Positions 1 to 8,833 of a stretch of DNA of 34,108 bases are shown here, in pieces (position 1 is the stretch's first letter; each line of letters begins with the position of its first letter). Location of the stretch: IMG/VR virus record IMGVR_UViG_2778261452_000005; one strand, given 5' to 3'. The notes beneath the pieces were generated by a model, which saw nothing but the letters and a program-made list of their open reading frames with translations, did not search any database and had not been told where the DNA came from. Source of the DNA: a virus (lineage: Duplodnaviria; Heunggongvirae; Uroviricota; Caudoviricetes). A program made the position numbers and the translations under genes.

Positions 1-1053
1 TTACGGGGTAATGCCAACCGCTGCCGCCACTTTGTCGCCACTTGGCAGCGTTGCCAGAGGATTGAAACGGAGCGCCGTTTCCAGATGATCCGGTGCCAGA
101 TGTGCGTAACGCATAGTCATTTTTATATCGTGGTGTCCGAGAATTTTTTGTAAGGCCAGAATGTTTCCACCCGACATCATGAAGTGCGCCGCAAACGTAT
201 GGCGCAGAACGTGTGTGAGTTGACCGCGAGGGAGCACGATAGACGTTTTTTCCATCACGGATAAAAATTGAAAATAGCAGTCTGTGAAGAAATTGAACCC
301 ATCAAGCGCCATGATCTCTTCGTAAAGCTCTTTACTGATAGGGATGCTTCTGTTTTTCTTCCCCTTCGTTCTTACAAAGGTAATTCGGTATTTGGTCACC
401 TGTGAACGAGTAAGATTTACGGCTTCTCGCCAGCGTGCGCCTGTGCTTAAGCATATCTTAACTACCAGTGCCAGAATTGGGTCCTGACGTTTGCAATCAG
501 CCAGTAATTCAACAATCTGCTCATGGGTAAGCCATGCCATCTCTTTTTCTGCGATGGTGAATTTTCGCATGTTCTCCAGTGGGTTCGGATACGACCATTC
601 GCCCAGGCGGGATAGTTCGCTAAAAACACTACTTAGATAGCTTTGCTCCAGGTTAATGGTGACCGGGCTTGCTCCTTTCTTCCATTTCTCGCTGAAGTAG
701 ATCTCACCTGTCAGGCGTTTATCTCGATAGTGGGCAAACATTTTAGAGGTGAGATCAGTTGCAAGGGGATTGCCCAGAGCGTCAACCATCAGCAGCAATT
801 TGTCATAGACATGCTGCCCAGCAGTCAGTGATTTACCATGTAGTTTGAACCATAGCTCAACCACGTCTTTCAGTGTTCGACGATCCACTGATTCACCTAG
901 CCAGGGCTTTGCTTCGGTTTCTTCCATCGTGTGACGCTCAAAAGCCAGTGCTTCGCCTTTGGTGGCGAATTGTTTACGCACACGACGCCCACTACGTCCG
1001 GCGGGGTAACATTCGCAAAGCCATTTTCCTGTGGTGAGTTTTCGTACAGCCAT
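1..1053 (-). CDS. int: Tyrosine integrase (P2/186 family)
   Basis: ORF 1..1131; start chosen at ATG 1051-1053, preceded by GGAGGG at about 8 nt. Carries ARWREA, HVLRHTF and RYAHL motifs typical of tyrosine recombinases. Stop codon at 1-3. Confidence 0.9.
   Translation of the reverse strand: MAVRKLTTGKWLCECYPAGRSGRRVRKQFATKGEALAFERHTMEETEAKPWLGESVDRRTLKDVVELWFKLHGKSLTAGQHVYDKLLLMVDALGNPLATDLTSKMFAHYRDKRLTGEIYFSEKWKKGASPVTINLEQSYLSSVFSELSRLGEWSYPNPLENMRKFTIAEKEMAWLTHEQIVELLADCKRQDPILALVVKICLSTGARWREAVNLTRSQVTKYRITFVRTKGKKNRSIPISKELYEEIMALDGFNFFTDCYFQFLSVMEKTSIVLPRGQLTHVLRHTFAAHFMMSGGNILALQKILGHHDIKMTMRYAHLAPDHLETALRFNPLATLPSGDKVAAAVGITP
19..40. repeat. attL core candidate (CGCTGCCGCCACTTTGTCGCCA)
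   Basis: 21/22 identical to 31254-31275; lies inside the last codons of int. Confidence 0.65.
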
Positions 1054-1077
1054 AAAAAATGCCCTCCAATAGAGAGC

Positions 1078-1106
1078 ATTTTTACTGTATGTATAACCAG
1101 TGTCAA
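1078..1106 (-). promoter_or_regulatory. Candidate int-proximal promoter (TTGACA-N17-AAAAAT on minus strand) with LexA-like box in the spacer
   Basis: Plus-strand tgtcaa at 1101-1106 gives a perfect -35 on the minus strand. TACTGTATGTATAACCAGTG at 1083-1102 has the CTG-N10-CAG spacing of a LexA box. Confidence 0.3.
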
Positions 1107-1241
1107 TGTATGAAATCCTGCGACCATACATCTCACTGAAGCCATAATGAAGTAGGCTATTCTTTTTGCTATGTGATCATGTAACTTTTGCGGTTAACCT
1201 GTGGCTCATTTTTATTTTAGGCGCAGATATAAAAGCAAAAG

Positions 1242-1433
1242 TTATCGTGAGTTTTTAGTACAGATTTTTTTGGATTTACTAATAGTTCCATCATTGCAAA
1301 CGAATTTGCCATCAGAGGTACAGTGAGAAACACCTCCCTTTTTCCCTGAGCAGGGATAATTTCTAGCATAGGTAGCTAGTGGGTTTAATAACAAAGAACA
1401 TGACAAAACCACAAAAAATACCTTACCAAGCAT
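1242..1433 (-). CDS. Small secreted Cys-rich protein (63 aa), moron between int and cI
   Basis: Strong SD (GGGAGGA) upstream of ATG 1433; N-terminal hydrophobic signal-like segment; 7 Cys in the mature part; AT-rich surroundings. Confidence 0.5.
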   Translation of the reverse strand: MLGKVFFVVLSCSLLLNPLATYARNYPCSGKKGGVSHCTSDGKFVCNDGTISKSKKICTKNSR

Positions 1434-1448
1434 AATTTCCTCCCGGTA

Positions 1449-2018
1449 CTATTTAACATACTTGACTGTTAAGCTTATAATTTTACCAATTATTTCAATG
1501 TCTTCTATCTTACATTCGAAGGCTCTGTTTCCACCCTCGACGAAGATTCTTCCACCGGGTAAACGAGTAATGTCACGGATCGTTATTTCGCCATCAATAC
1601 TTATTACCCATTTACCATCACGTATATCATCAAATTCCTTATCACAAATAAATTCAGAATTATTATCTGTGATTACAAAAAGATTCTTGAATGCCGACGG
1701 TAGAAATTCTCTATCGAAAATATAAAAACCGTCTTCACACAAGGCCCCATCAGATAATACATATTTAGCAACTTCCATAGTATTTGTATTACCTGAAGTT
1801 TGCTTTGAACCATGCCCGGTTGTGAGCCAATTAAGCGAGGTTCCTGTTTCAAGGGCGCACTGGATTACCCATTCTGCTGGGAATGAGTCACGCATGTAGC
1901 GTGTGGCGAGTGTACTTTTAGAGATTCCTAAATGATCGCACAACGCCTGTCGAGTCTTGAATCCATAAGCTTCTACCATGCGCTCTATGGCGCCTCGTCC
2001 GCCTTTCTCCAAATTCAT
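1449..2018 (-). CDS. cI: CI-type lysogeny repressor (186 CI-like)
   Basis: ORF 1449..2024; ATG at 2016-2018 with GGAG SD. Position divergent from apl/cII; EAYGF and CALETG..LNWL..G motifs resemble 186 CI as I recall it. Confidence 0.8.
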   Translation of the reverse strand: MNLEKGGRGAIERMVEAYGFKTRQALCDHLGISKSTLATRYMRDSFPAEWVIQCALETGTSLNWLTTGHGSKQTSGNTNTMEVAKYVLSDGALCEDGFYIFDREFLPSAFKNLFVITDNNSEFICDKEFDDIRDGKWVISIDGEITIRDITRLPGGRIFVEGGNRAFECKIEDIEIIGKIISLTVKYVK

Positions 2019-2143
2019 GGTCACTCCAAGTGAACTTTTATCTTGACGATTTCACTGTGCGATCGTATGTTTATGGTGTTCACAAAATACAAACGATCCG
2101 TATTCGTCCTGATTAATCATCATTAAACGAGGAATGTTGCATC
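2019..2143. promoter_or_regulatory. Lysis-lysogeny switch region (pR/pL-type) between cI and apl
   Basis: Candidate rightward promoter TTGACG (2043-2048) N17 TATGTT (2066-2071); short inverted repeat AGTGAA/TTCACT flanks the -35. pL not located. Confidence 0.45.
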
Positions 2144-2365
2144 ATGAGACCTAACATTTCAATCACTCTTACCACGCCTCATGTGACTATTGAACGCTAT
2201 AGCGAGCTGACAGGGCTATCCATCGATACCATCAATGATATGTTGGCTGATGGACGCCTTATCCGTCACCGTCTGCGCAAAGATAAAAAACGCGAAAAAG
2301 TGATGATCAACATAGCAGCAATGACCGTTGATGCGCTTTCAGAATGCAATCTAAACCTTAATTAG
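2144..2365 (+). CDS. apl: Apl/Cox-like excisionase and transcriptional regulator (putative HTH)
   Basis: First gene of the rightward operon, divergent from cI, 73 aa; position equivalent to 186 apl / P2 cox. Confidence 0.6.
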   Translation: MRPNISITLTTPHVTIERYSELTGLSIDTINDMLADGRLIRHRLRKDKKREKVMINIAAMTVDALSECNLNLN

Positions 2366-2397
2366 TTCGATTCTGAAATACATCAGAGGCATTGACC

Positions 2398-2907
2398 ATG
2401 TTTGATTACCAAGTTTCCAAACATCCACATTTTGATGAAGCCTGTCGTGCATTTGCACTGCGCCACAATCTGGTGCAACTGGCAGAACGTGCAGGCATGA
2501 ATGTGCAGATTCTGCGGAACAAGCTGAACCCAGCTCAGCCTCATTTATTAACCGCACCAGAAATCTGGCTGCTTACCGATCTGACTGAAGATTCAACGCT
2601 GGTAGATGGTTTTCTGGCACAGATTCATTGTCTGCCATGTGTACCGATTAATGAGGTGGCAAAAGAGAAACTGCCACATTACGTCATGAGTGCAACCGCA
2701 GAGATCGGGCGTGTTGCTGCAGGTGCGGTGTCTGGCGATGTAAAAACCTGTGCCGGTCGTCGTGATGCTATCAGCAGCATTAACTCTGTAACACGACTGA
2801 TGGCGCTGGCGGCTGTTTCATTGCAGGCCCGTTTACAGGCTAATCCTGCGATGGCGAGTGCAGTTGATACCGTGACTGGCCTCGGTGCTTCATTTGGTTT
2901 GCTGTGA
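2398..2907 (+). CDS. cII: CII-like lysogeny establishment activator
   Basis: 169 aa from ATG 2398; N-terminus [20 protein letters not shown] and C-terminus closely resemble 186 CII as I recall it. Confidence 0.85.
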   Translation: MFDYQVSKHPHFDEACRAFALRHNLVQLAERAGMNVQILRNKLNPAQPHLLTAPEIWLLTDLTEDSTLVDGFLAQIHCLPCVPINEVAKEKLPHYVMSATAEIGRVAAGAVSGDVKTCAGRRDAISSINSVTRLMALAAVSLQARLQANPAMASAVDTVTGLGASFGLL

Positions 2908-2914
2908 GGTGCTT

Positions 2915-3115
2915 ATGCTGACGAAAGAACCATCATTTGCATCGCTGCTGGTTAAACAAAGCCCGGCAATGCATTACGGTCACGGCTGGATCATGGGGGA
3001 GGATGGTAAACGCTGGCATCCGTGCCGTTCACAAGATGAATTGCTGGCAGAACTATCTACGAAAAAACGGGGGAACAAATGGCTATTGAAGGCACTGCAG
3101 CAACTGTTCCATTAA
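2915..3115 (+). CDS. Hypothetical early protein (66 aa)
   Basis: ATG 2915 with GAGG SD; occupies the 186 fil position after cII; no recognisable motif. Confidence 0.45.
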   Translation: MLTKEPSFASLLVKQSPAMHYGHGWIMGEDGKRWHPCRSQDELLAELSTKKRGNKWLLKALQQLFH

Positions 3116-3420
3116 GCCCCGGTGAACGCCTGAATGGACTTAATCACATTGCGGAGTTAAGGGCGAAAGTTTTTGGCCTGAATATTGAGTCAGAGCTTGA
3201 GCGGTTTATTAAAGATATGCGTGATCCATGGGATATCAATAATGAACAAAATAAAAGGGCACTGGCTGCCATATTCTTTATGGCAAAAATTCCAGCTGAA
3301 CGTCATAGCATCAGCATTAATGAGCTGACCACTGACGAAAAGCGGGAGTTGATTAAAGCAATGAATCATTTTCGTGCAGTGGTGAGCTTATTTCCCAGAC
3401 GGCTAACCATGCCGAATTAA
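3079..3420 (+). CDS. Hypothetical early protein (113 aa)
   Basis: ATG 3079 preceded by GGGGG SD; overlaps the previous ORF by 37 nt in another frame. Confidence 0.55.
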   Translation: MAIEGTAATVPLSPGERLNGLNHIAELRAKVFGLNIESELERFIKDMRDPWDINNEQNKRALAAIFFMAKIPAERHSISINELTTDEKRELIKAMNHFRAVVSLFPRRLTMPN

Positions 3421-3487
3421 CCAACTAATGAAATTAATGGCGTAAACCCGCCGGGCATCCCTTTATCTAAATTCAGGAGAATTGATT

Positions 3488-3721
3488 ATGCGTAATATTG
3501 AAACCCTCACGACTAAAACCGGACCGGATGACGCAGGGCTTAATATTTTACTGACAGAGGCTCGTCTGGAAGAACGCCGGGCAAGGGCTGAAGCAATGGC
3601 TGCTCGCCTTGATAGCCTGGCGTGTTATATCTCATCCCGCCAGCTAAACCACGTGGAAGCGGCAGAACTGCTGCGCGTGACTGCTGAAGCAATCCAGAAC
3701 GAAGCGCAGGAGATCCACTAA
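3488..3721 (+). CDS. Hypothetical early protein (77 aa)
   Basis: ATG 3488 preceded by CAGGAGA SD; stop overlaps the start of the next gene. Confidence 0.55.
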   Translation: MRNIETLTTKTGPDDAGLNILLTEARLEERRARAEAMAARLDSLACYISSRQLNHVEAAELLRVTAEAIQNEAQEIH

Positions 3722-3948
3722 TGGCTGATGCAATGGATCTCGTACAGCAGCGCGTTGAAGAAGAACGCCAGAGCCATATCCGTGCAGCCCGTGCCAAATC
3801 ACCGGGCGTGTCACGCGTACTTTGCATTGAATGTGAAGCGCCAATTCCGCCAGCACGACGCCGCGCCATTCCGGGAGTGCAGCTTTGCATTACCTGTCAG
3901 GAAATCGCAGAACTGAAAGGCAAACATTACAACGGAGGTGCTGTATGA
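3721..3948 (+). CDS. TraR/DksA-family C4 zinc-finger protein
   Basis: CIECEAPIP...CITCQE four-cysteine motif; TAATG overlap with the upstream gene. Confidence 0.75.
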   Translation: MADAMDLVQQRVEEERQSHIRAARAKSPGVSRVLCIECEAPIPPARRRAIPGVQLCITCQEIAELKGKHYNGGAV

Positions 3949-4802
3949 GCACCATCCTGAAATGGGCGGGAAATAAAACCGCCATTATGCCAGAACTGAA
4001 AAAATACCTTCCTGCTGGCCCGCGACTGGTTGAACCTTTCGCGGGTTCCTGTGCTGTGATGATGGAAACGGATTATCCCAGCTATCTGGTTGCGGATATT
4101 AATCCTGATTTAATCAACCTCTATAAAAAGGTTGCCGCTGATTGTGAATCGTTTATATCTCGCGCCAGAGTTTTATTTGAGATCGCAAACAGGGAGGTGG
4201 CTTATTACAACATAAGGCAGGAGTTTAACTGCTCAACTGAAATTACTGATTTCATGAAAGCGGTATATTTCCTGTATCTCAATCGTCACGGTTACCGTGG
4301 TTTATGTCGCTATAACAAGAGCGGGCATTTCAACATTCCCTACGGTAATTATAAAAATCCGTATTTCCCTGAAAAAGAACTTCGCACATTTGCAGAAAAA
4401 GCCCAGCGAGCAACGTTTATCTGCGCCAGCTTTGATGAAACGCTGACGATGTTGAAGGCGGGAGATGTGGTGTATTGCGATCCGCCATATGACGGTACGT
4501 TTTCCGGTTATCACACTGATGGTTTCACTGAAGATGACCAGTATCACCTGGCATCCGTTCTTGAACATCGGTCATCAGAAGGACATCCGGTCATTGTTTC
4601 TAACAGTGACACATCCCTGATCCGTTCGCTGTATCGCAATTTTACTCACCACTATATCAAGGTAAAACGCAGCATCGGTGTGGCAGCTGGCGAGGGTAAA
4701 TCAGCAACAGAAATCATTGCTGTTTCCGGGCCGCGCTGCTGGATGGGATTTGATTATTCGCGTGGCGTGGATAGTTCTGCCGTGTACGGAGTACGTGCAT
4801 GA
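3945..4802 (+). CDS. dam: Orphan DNA N6-adenine methyltransferase (Dam-like)
   Basis: ATG 3945; EPFAGS (motif I) and CDPPY (motif IV); ATGA overlaps on both sides, with the zinc-finger gene and with A. Confidence 0.85.
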   Translation: MSTILKWAGNKTAIMPELKKYLPAGPRLVEPFAGSCAVMMETDYPSYLVADINPDLINLYKKVAADCESFISRARVLFEIANREVAYYNIRQEFNCSTEITDFMKAVYFLYLNRHGYRGLCRYNKSGHFNIPYGNYKNPYFPEKELRTFAEKAQRATFICASFDETLTMLKAGDVVYCDPPYDGTFSGYHTDGFTEDDQYHLASVLEHRSSEGHPVIVSNSDTSLIRSLYRNFTHHYIKVKRSIGVAAGEGKSATEIIAVSGPRCWMGFDYSRGVDSSAVYGVRA

Positions 4803-7213
4803 GTCATGCCGATATGAACAACTGCTGCGGCTTTAACGAGGCTGCCGCAGCATTCTCATGGAACAGCACGAAAAAGGCCATTAACCCTTATCTGGACCCG
4901 GCGGAAGTTGCGCCGGTTTCTACGCTTTCAAACCTGATCACTCTGTACGCTGCCGATAACGAGCAGGAACAGTTGCGCCGCGAGGCACTGAGTGATCAGG
5001 TCTGGGAGCGTTATTTCTTTAATGAATCACGTGATCCTGTCCAGCGCGAAATGGAGCAGGATAAGCTCATTAGCCGGGCAAAGCTGGCGCATGAGCAGCA
5101 GCGTTTTAATTCAGACATGGTCATTCTGGCGGACGTCAACGCCCAGCCTTCCCATATCAGCAAGCCGCTGATGCAACGTATTGAATACTTCAGCAGCCTG
5201 GGCAGGCCAAAGGCTTATTCCCGCTATTTACGTGAGACGATTAAGCCATGTCTGGAACGACTGGAGCATGTACGCGACAGTCAGCTATCTGCATCTTTTC
5301 GCTTTATGGCAAGCCATGAAGGGCTGGACGGCCTGCTGATCCTGCCTGAAATGAGTCAGGATCAGGTGAAACGCCTGTCCACCCTGGTAGCTGCGCATAT
5401 GAGTATGTGCCTTGATGCAGCTTGTGGTGATTTGTATGCCACCGATGACGTTAAGCCAGAAGAAATCCGCAAGACATGGGAAAAGGTGGCAGCGGAAACC
5501 CTGCGTCTGGATGTCATCCCACCTGCGTTTGAGCAACTCCGTCGGAAAAGAAACCGCCGTAAACCCGTGCCCTATGAACTCATTCCGGGTTCGCTGGCGC
5601 GTATGTTGTGCGCCGACTGGTGGTATCGGAAATTATGGAAGATGCGTTGCGAATGGCGGGAAGAGCAGTTGCGCGCTGTTTGCCTGGTCAGCAAAAAAGC
5701 ATCTCCTTATGTCAGCTATGAAGCCGTGATGCATAGACGTGAGCAGCGCCGTAAGTCGCTGGAGTTTTTCCGTTCTCATGAACTGGTGAACGAAGACGGC
5801 GACACGCTGGACATGGAGGATGTGGTAAACGCCAGCAGCAGCAACCCTGCGCATCGCCGCAATGAGATGATGGCCTGTGTTAAAGGTCTGGAGCTTATCG
5901 CGGAAATGCGCGGTGACTGCGCCGTTTTCTACACTATCACCTGTCCGTCGCGTTTCCATTCCACGCTAAATAACGGCAGACCAAACCCGACCTGGACAAA
6001 CGCGACGGTAAGACAAAGCAGCGATTATCTGGTCGGCATGTTTGCTGCATTTCGTAAGGCGATGCACAAAGCCGGGTTGCGCTGGTATGGCGTGCGGGTG
6101 GCTGAGCCGCATCATGATGGCACAGTTCACTGGCACCTGTTGTGTTTCATGCGCAAAAAAGACCGCCGTGCCATCACTGCATTACTGCGTAAGTTTGCCA
6201 TCCGTGAAGACCGCGAGGAGCTGGGCAATAACACTGGGCCGCGCTTTAAGTCTGAGTTGATTAACCCGCGCAAAGGAACGCCGACAAGCTACATCGCGAA
6301 ATATATCAGTAAGAACATTGACGGTCGTGGTCTGGCTGGCGAGATCAGCAAGGAAACGGGTAAATCTCTGCGTGATAACGCTGAATACGTGAATGCCTGG
6401 GCGTCTCTGCATCGTGTTCAGCAATTCCGCTTCTTTGGTATTCCGGGGCGTCAGGCTTACCGTGAACTTCGCTTGCTGGCTGGTCAGGCGGCAAGGCAAC
6501 AGGGTGACAAAAAAGCAGGTGCGCCGGTACTGGATAACCCGCGTCTTGATGCCATTCTGGCTGCTGCTGATGCTGGTTGTTTTGCCACCTACATCATGAA
6601 GCAGGGCGGCGTACTGGTTCCCCGTAAATATCACCTCATCAGAACCGCTTATGAAATCAACGAAGAGCCGACCGCCTATGGCGATCACGGCATTCGTATT
6701 TATGGCATCTGGTCACCCATTGCAGAGGGCAAGATCTGCACTCATGCAGTGAAGTGGAAAATGGTTCGTAAAGCCGTTGACGTTCAGGAGGCGGCAGCCG
6801 ACCAGGGCGCTTGCGCCCCTTGGACTCGTGGCAATAACTGTCCCCTTGCTGAAAATTTGAACCAACAGGAGAAAGATAAATCAGCTGATGGGGACACCAG
6901 AACGGATATTACCCGCATGGATGACAAGGAGTTGCACGATTTTCTGCACAGTATGAACAAAAAAGAGCGCCGGGAACTGGCTGCAAGGTTACGCCTGGTG
7001 AAACCGAAACGGCGTAGAAACTACAAACAGCGAATTACAGACCATCAACGACAGCAGCTCGTCTATGAACTGAAGTCCAGAGGATTTGATGGCAGCGAGA
7101 AAGAGGTAGATTTACTCCTTCGCGGTGGCAGTATTCCGTCAGGAGCAGGCCTGCGTATCTTCTATCGGAACCAGCGTCTGAAGGAAGATGATAAGTGGCG
7201 GAACCTGTATTAA
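4799..7213 (+). CDS. A: Replication initiation endonuclease gpA (rolling-circle, HUH family)
   Basis: 804 aa; HUH-type motif VHWHLL and paired tyrosines YIAKYISK; position after the early operon as in P2/186. Confidence 0.9.
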   Translation: MSHADMNNCCGFNEAAAAFSWNSTKKAINPYLDPAEVAPVSTLSNLITLYAADNEQEQLRREALSDQVWERYFFNESRDPVQREMEQDKLISRAKLAHEQQRFNSDMVILADVNAQPSHISKPLMQRIEYFSSLGRPKAYSRYLRETIKPCLERLEHVRDSQLSASFRFMASHEGLDGLLILPEMSQDQVKRLSTLVAAHMSMCLDAACGDLYATDDVKPEEIRKTWEKVAAETLRLDVIPPAFEQLRRKRNRRKPVPYELIPGSLARMLCADWWYRKLWKMRCEWREEQLRAVCLVSKKASPYVSYEAVMHRREQRRKSLEFFRSHELVNEDGDTLDMEDVVNASSSNPAHRRNEMMACVKGLELIAEMRGDCAVFYTITCPSRFHSTLNNGRPNPTWTNATVRQSSDYLVGMFAAFRKAMHKAGLRWYGVRVAEPHHDGTVHWHLLCFMRKKDRRAITALLRKFAIREDREELGNNTGPRFKSELINPRKGTPTSYIAKYISKNIDGRGLAGEISKETGKSLRDNAEYVNAWASLHRVQQFRFFGIPGRQAYRELRLLAGQAARQQGDKKAGAPVLDNPRLDAILAAADAGCFATYIMKQGGVLVPRKYHLIRTAYEINEEPTAYGDHGIRIYGIWSPIAEGKICTHAVKWKMVRKAVDVQEAAADQGACAPWTRGNNCPLAENLNQQEKDKSADGDTRTDITRMDDKELHDFLHSMNKKERRELAARLRLVKPKRRRNYKQRITDHQRQQLVYELKSRGFDGSEKEVDLLLRGGSIPSGAGLRIFYRNQRLKEDDKWRNLY

Positions 7214-7305
7214 TTACGCGGGTTAACAATTCGTGCTCTTAATAATACCAGGCATATCAGGCCGATGAACGTAAAAAAACGTTTTACATCAGTAAGATTA
7301 TTATA

Positions 7306-7325
7306 TACTGTAAATATAAACAGTG
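7306..7325 (+). promoter_or_regulatory. LexA operator (SOS box) upstream of the tum-like/dinI-like operon
   Basis: TACTGTAAATATAAACAGTG: CTGT-N8-ACAG with an AT-rich spacer, about 40 bp upstream of ATG 7366. Confidence 0.75.
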
Positions 7326-7365
7326 GTTATGTATACAGTATTGCTTTGGTGTTATAGGAGGAAAG

Positions 7366-7554
7366 ATGCAGGACTATTTTTTGGAGTCTTTGAAGCTCCA
7401 GCGCATTGATTTTTTTCTTAAGCTTGTAGCGGCTAGTGAGTGTAGTGATGAAGAGAAGGGGCTGGCCCTGCAGTGGGTTTCTGAACTGACAGATGAACTC
7501 ATGGCAAAAATCAGAACCCACGAATACAACCGCTCAATGGATGTCATCAGCTGA
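7366..7554 (+). CDS. Small SOS-operon protein (62 aa), possible Tum-like antirepressor N-terminal part
   Basis: AGGAGG SD; immediately downstream of the LexA box; same position as 186 tum. Confidence 0.55.
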   Translation: MQDYFLESLKLQRIDFFLKLVAASECSDEEKGLALQWVSELTDELMAKIRTHEYNRSMDVIS

Positions 7555-7564
7555 GGTGACTTTT

Positions 7565-7798
7565 ATGCGCATTGAAATAATGATCGATAAAGAGCAGAAG
7601 ATTAGCCAGTCTACACTGGACGCCCTTGAATCCGAGCTTTACCGCAATCTGCGCCCCCTGTATCCCAAAACGGTAATTCGTATCCGCAAAGGTAGCTCTA
7701 ACGGTGTGGAACTGACCGGACTGCAACTGGACGAAGAAAGAAAACAAGTGATGAAAATTATGCAGAAGGTGTGGGAAGACGACAGCTGGCTGCATTAA
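7565..7798 (+). CDS. DinI-family protein
   Basis: 78 aa, MRIEIMIDK...WEDDSWL resembles E. coli DinI; GAGGTG SD overlaps the stop of the upstream ORF. Confidence 0.75.
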   Translation: MRIEIMIDKEQKISQSTLDALESELYRNLRPLYPKTVIRIRKGSSNGVELTGLQLDEERKQVMKIMQKVWEDDSWLH

Positions 7799-7957
7799 GA
7801 AACGTTGCTGGCGTCTGAAATTGCTTCTGGCGTCAGCAAGGTTGAACAACGAGTACAGTGAGGCGTTAGGTGTGGCGTTTATTTGATGAGTGAACGCCCG
7901 TTCTGCGACAGGTTTGGAGATTAAGGTTGAAACTACGGGCAAAATACCATCTTTTTC

Positions 7958-8383
7958 CTACTTAATTGAGTCCAGTAACAAGTTACAGTTACTCTCATTG
8001 TAGAGAGAACGAGCAATTAGTGTTACCTGCTTTCCATTCATTCCCGGCTTATCCCATAACACAGCTTCTTGCGACGCCACAAATTCAGCATAATCAATTA
8101 TGCGTTGTTCGTGATCTGGTTCCTCATAGCCAAAGTATGAGAGCGCATCGTTGTAAGCGTGGTAAGCTGCTTTCTGTAATATCTTGATATCGGCTGTAGG
8201 TACTTGCTCCGTGTAGCTAGGATCTAATTGTGTGCTACTGCCATAGAATGCACATGAAAGGTAAGATATTGATTTCTGTTGAGCTTTAGTTCCTTTCTCA
8301 TAGTTTTTAGCTGTTACCGCCTGAACTGGGACGCTAACAAAGCTTGCAACCAGAATTAAAATTAATACGTAAAAGCTTTTCAT
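7958..8383 (-). CDS. Hypothetical secreted (signal-peptide) protein, 141 aa; cargo gene
   Basis: GAGGT SD; N-terminal MKSFYVLILILVASFVSVPVQA looks like a cleavable signal peptide; AT-rich; sits at the P2 tin/old-equivalent position. Confidence 0.6.
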   Translation of the reverse strand: MKSFYVLILILVASFVSVPVQAVTAKNYEKGTKAQQKSISYLSCAFYGSSTQLDPSYTEQVPTADIKILQKAAYHAYNDALSYFGYEEPDHEQRIIDYAEFVASQEAVLWDKPGMNGKQVTLIARSLYNESNCNLLLDSIK

Positions 8384-8569
8384 TTTGACCTCAGCCGAAA
8401 CGTTAGAGAGACTATCGAAGTTTGTAAAACCCGTGGCGATTCAGTTTGAGATCCTCCCCCTTACATGATTTTTAATCAAATATATGCTTTTGTAAGCATA
8501 CCTGTTAACCGAATTATTCATTTTTAGAGATCTTCCGACATACTGATTATGCCCGCTGAGGAGTTCACC

Positions 8570-8686
8570 TTGCGTAAAGTCCGATTCGCTTTACTCGTCT
8601 GTGCATGTCTATGCTGCATGAGATTGCATGATCGTTTGAGGATCGTTTTTGCTAAGGCCCGCCAGAACTGGCGGGCTTTTGCGTAG
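8570..8686 (+). CDS. Candidate small ORF (38 aa, TTG start), basic N-terminus and Cys-rich hydrophobic core
   Basis: GAGGAG SD 6 nt upstream of TTG 8570; translation MRKVRFALLVCACLCCMRLHDRLRIVFAKARQNWRAFA; terminator-like hairpin overlaps its 3' end. Too short for the ORF track. Confidence 0.25.
   Translation: MRKVRFALLVCACLCCMRLHDRLRIVFAKARQNWRAFA
8657..8680 (+). terminator. Intrinsic-terminator-like hairpin (GCCCGCCAG..CTGGCGGGC + TTTT)
   Basis: GC-rich inverted repeat 8657-8676 followed by TTTT at 8677-8680. Confidence 0.45.
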
Positions 8687-8725
8687 ATTATGCACCTGCA
8701 TGAAAACCACTACATAAAGCGGGCA

Positions 8726-8744
8726 GGCGTGGCGGGGATACGAG
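8726..8744. other. Candidate cos (cohesive-end) site
   Basis: GGCGTGGCGGGGATACGAG resembles the 19-nt P2/186 cohesive ends as I recall them (GGCG[A/T]GGCGGGGAAAGCA-); located in the gpA-to-Q intergenic region where cos maps in P2-like prophages. Confidence 0.45.
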
Positions 8745-8833
8745 CGCGCGCTGATGGGGGACGCAGTGCTTTTGGCATAGTTATGAGGTAGAATTTCAAA
8801 ATACTTTTTAGCGCTGTTGGAGGTATAGACAAA

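Noticed and set aside
1054-1131. N-terminal extension of the integrase ORF to 1131, and overlapping ORFs 643..831, 897..1145 and 931..1113
   Set aside because: ATG 1053 has a strong SD and the extension lacks one; the others overlap int in other frames.
3540-3890. 116-aa and 70-aa minus-strand ORFs antisense to the early operon
   Set aside because: They overlap coupled plus-strand genes that have SD sequences; Arg/Ser-rich composition typical of shadow frames.
5285-6688. Several 68-168 aa ORFs on both strands inside gene A
   Set aside because: Alternative-frame artefacts of the 804-aa gpA ORF.
7327-7342. Possible second LexA box next to the first
   Set aside because: Half-sites do not fit CTGT-N8-ACAG when aligned (GTGG...ACAG).
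7809-7845. Imperfect inverted/direct repeats after the DinI-like gene as a possible terminator
   Set aside because: Stem is interrupted and there is no downstream T-run.
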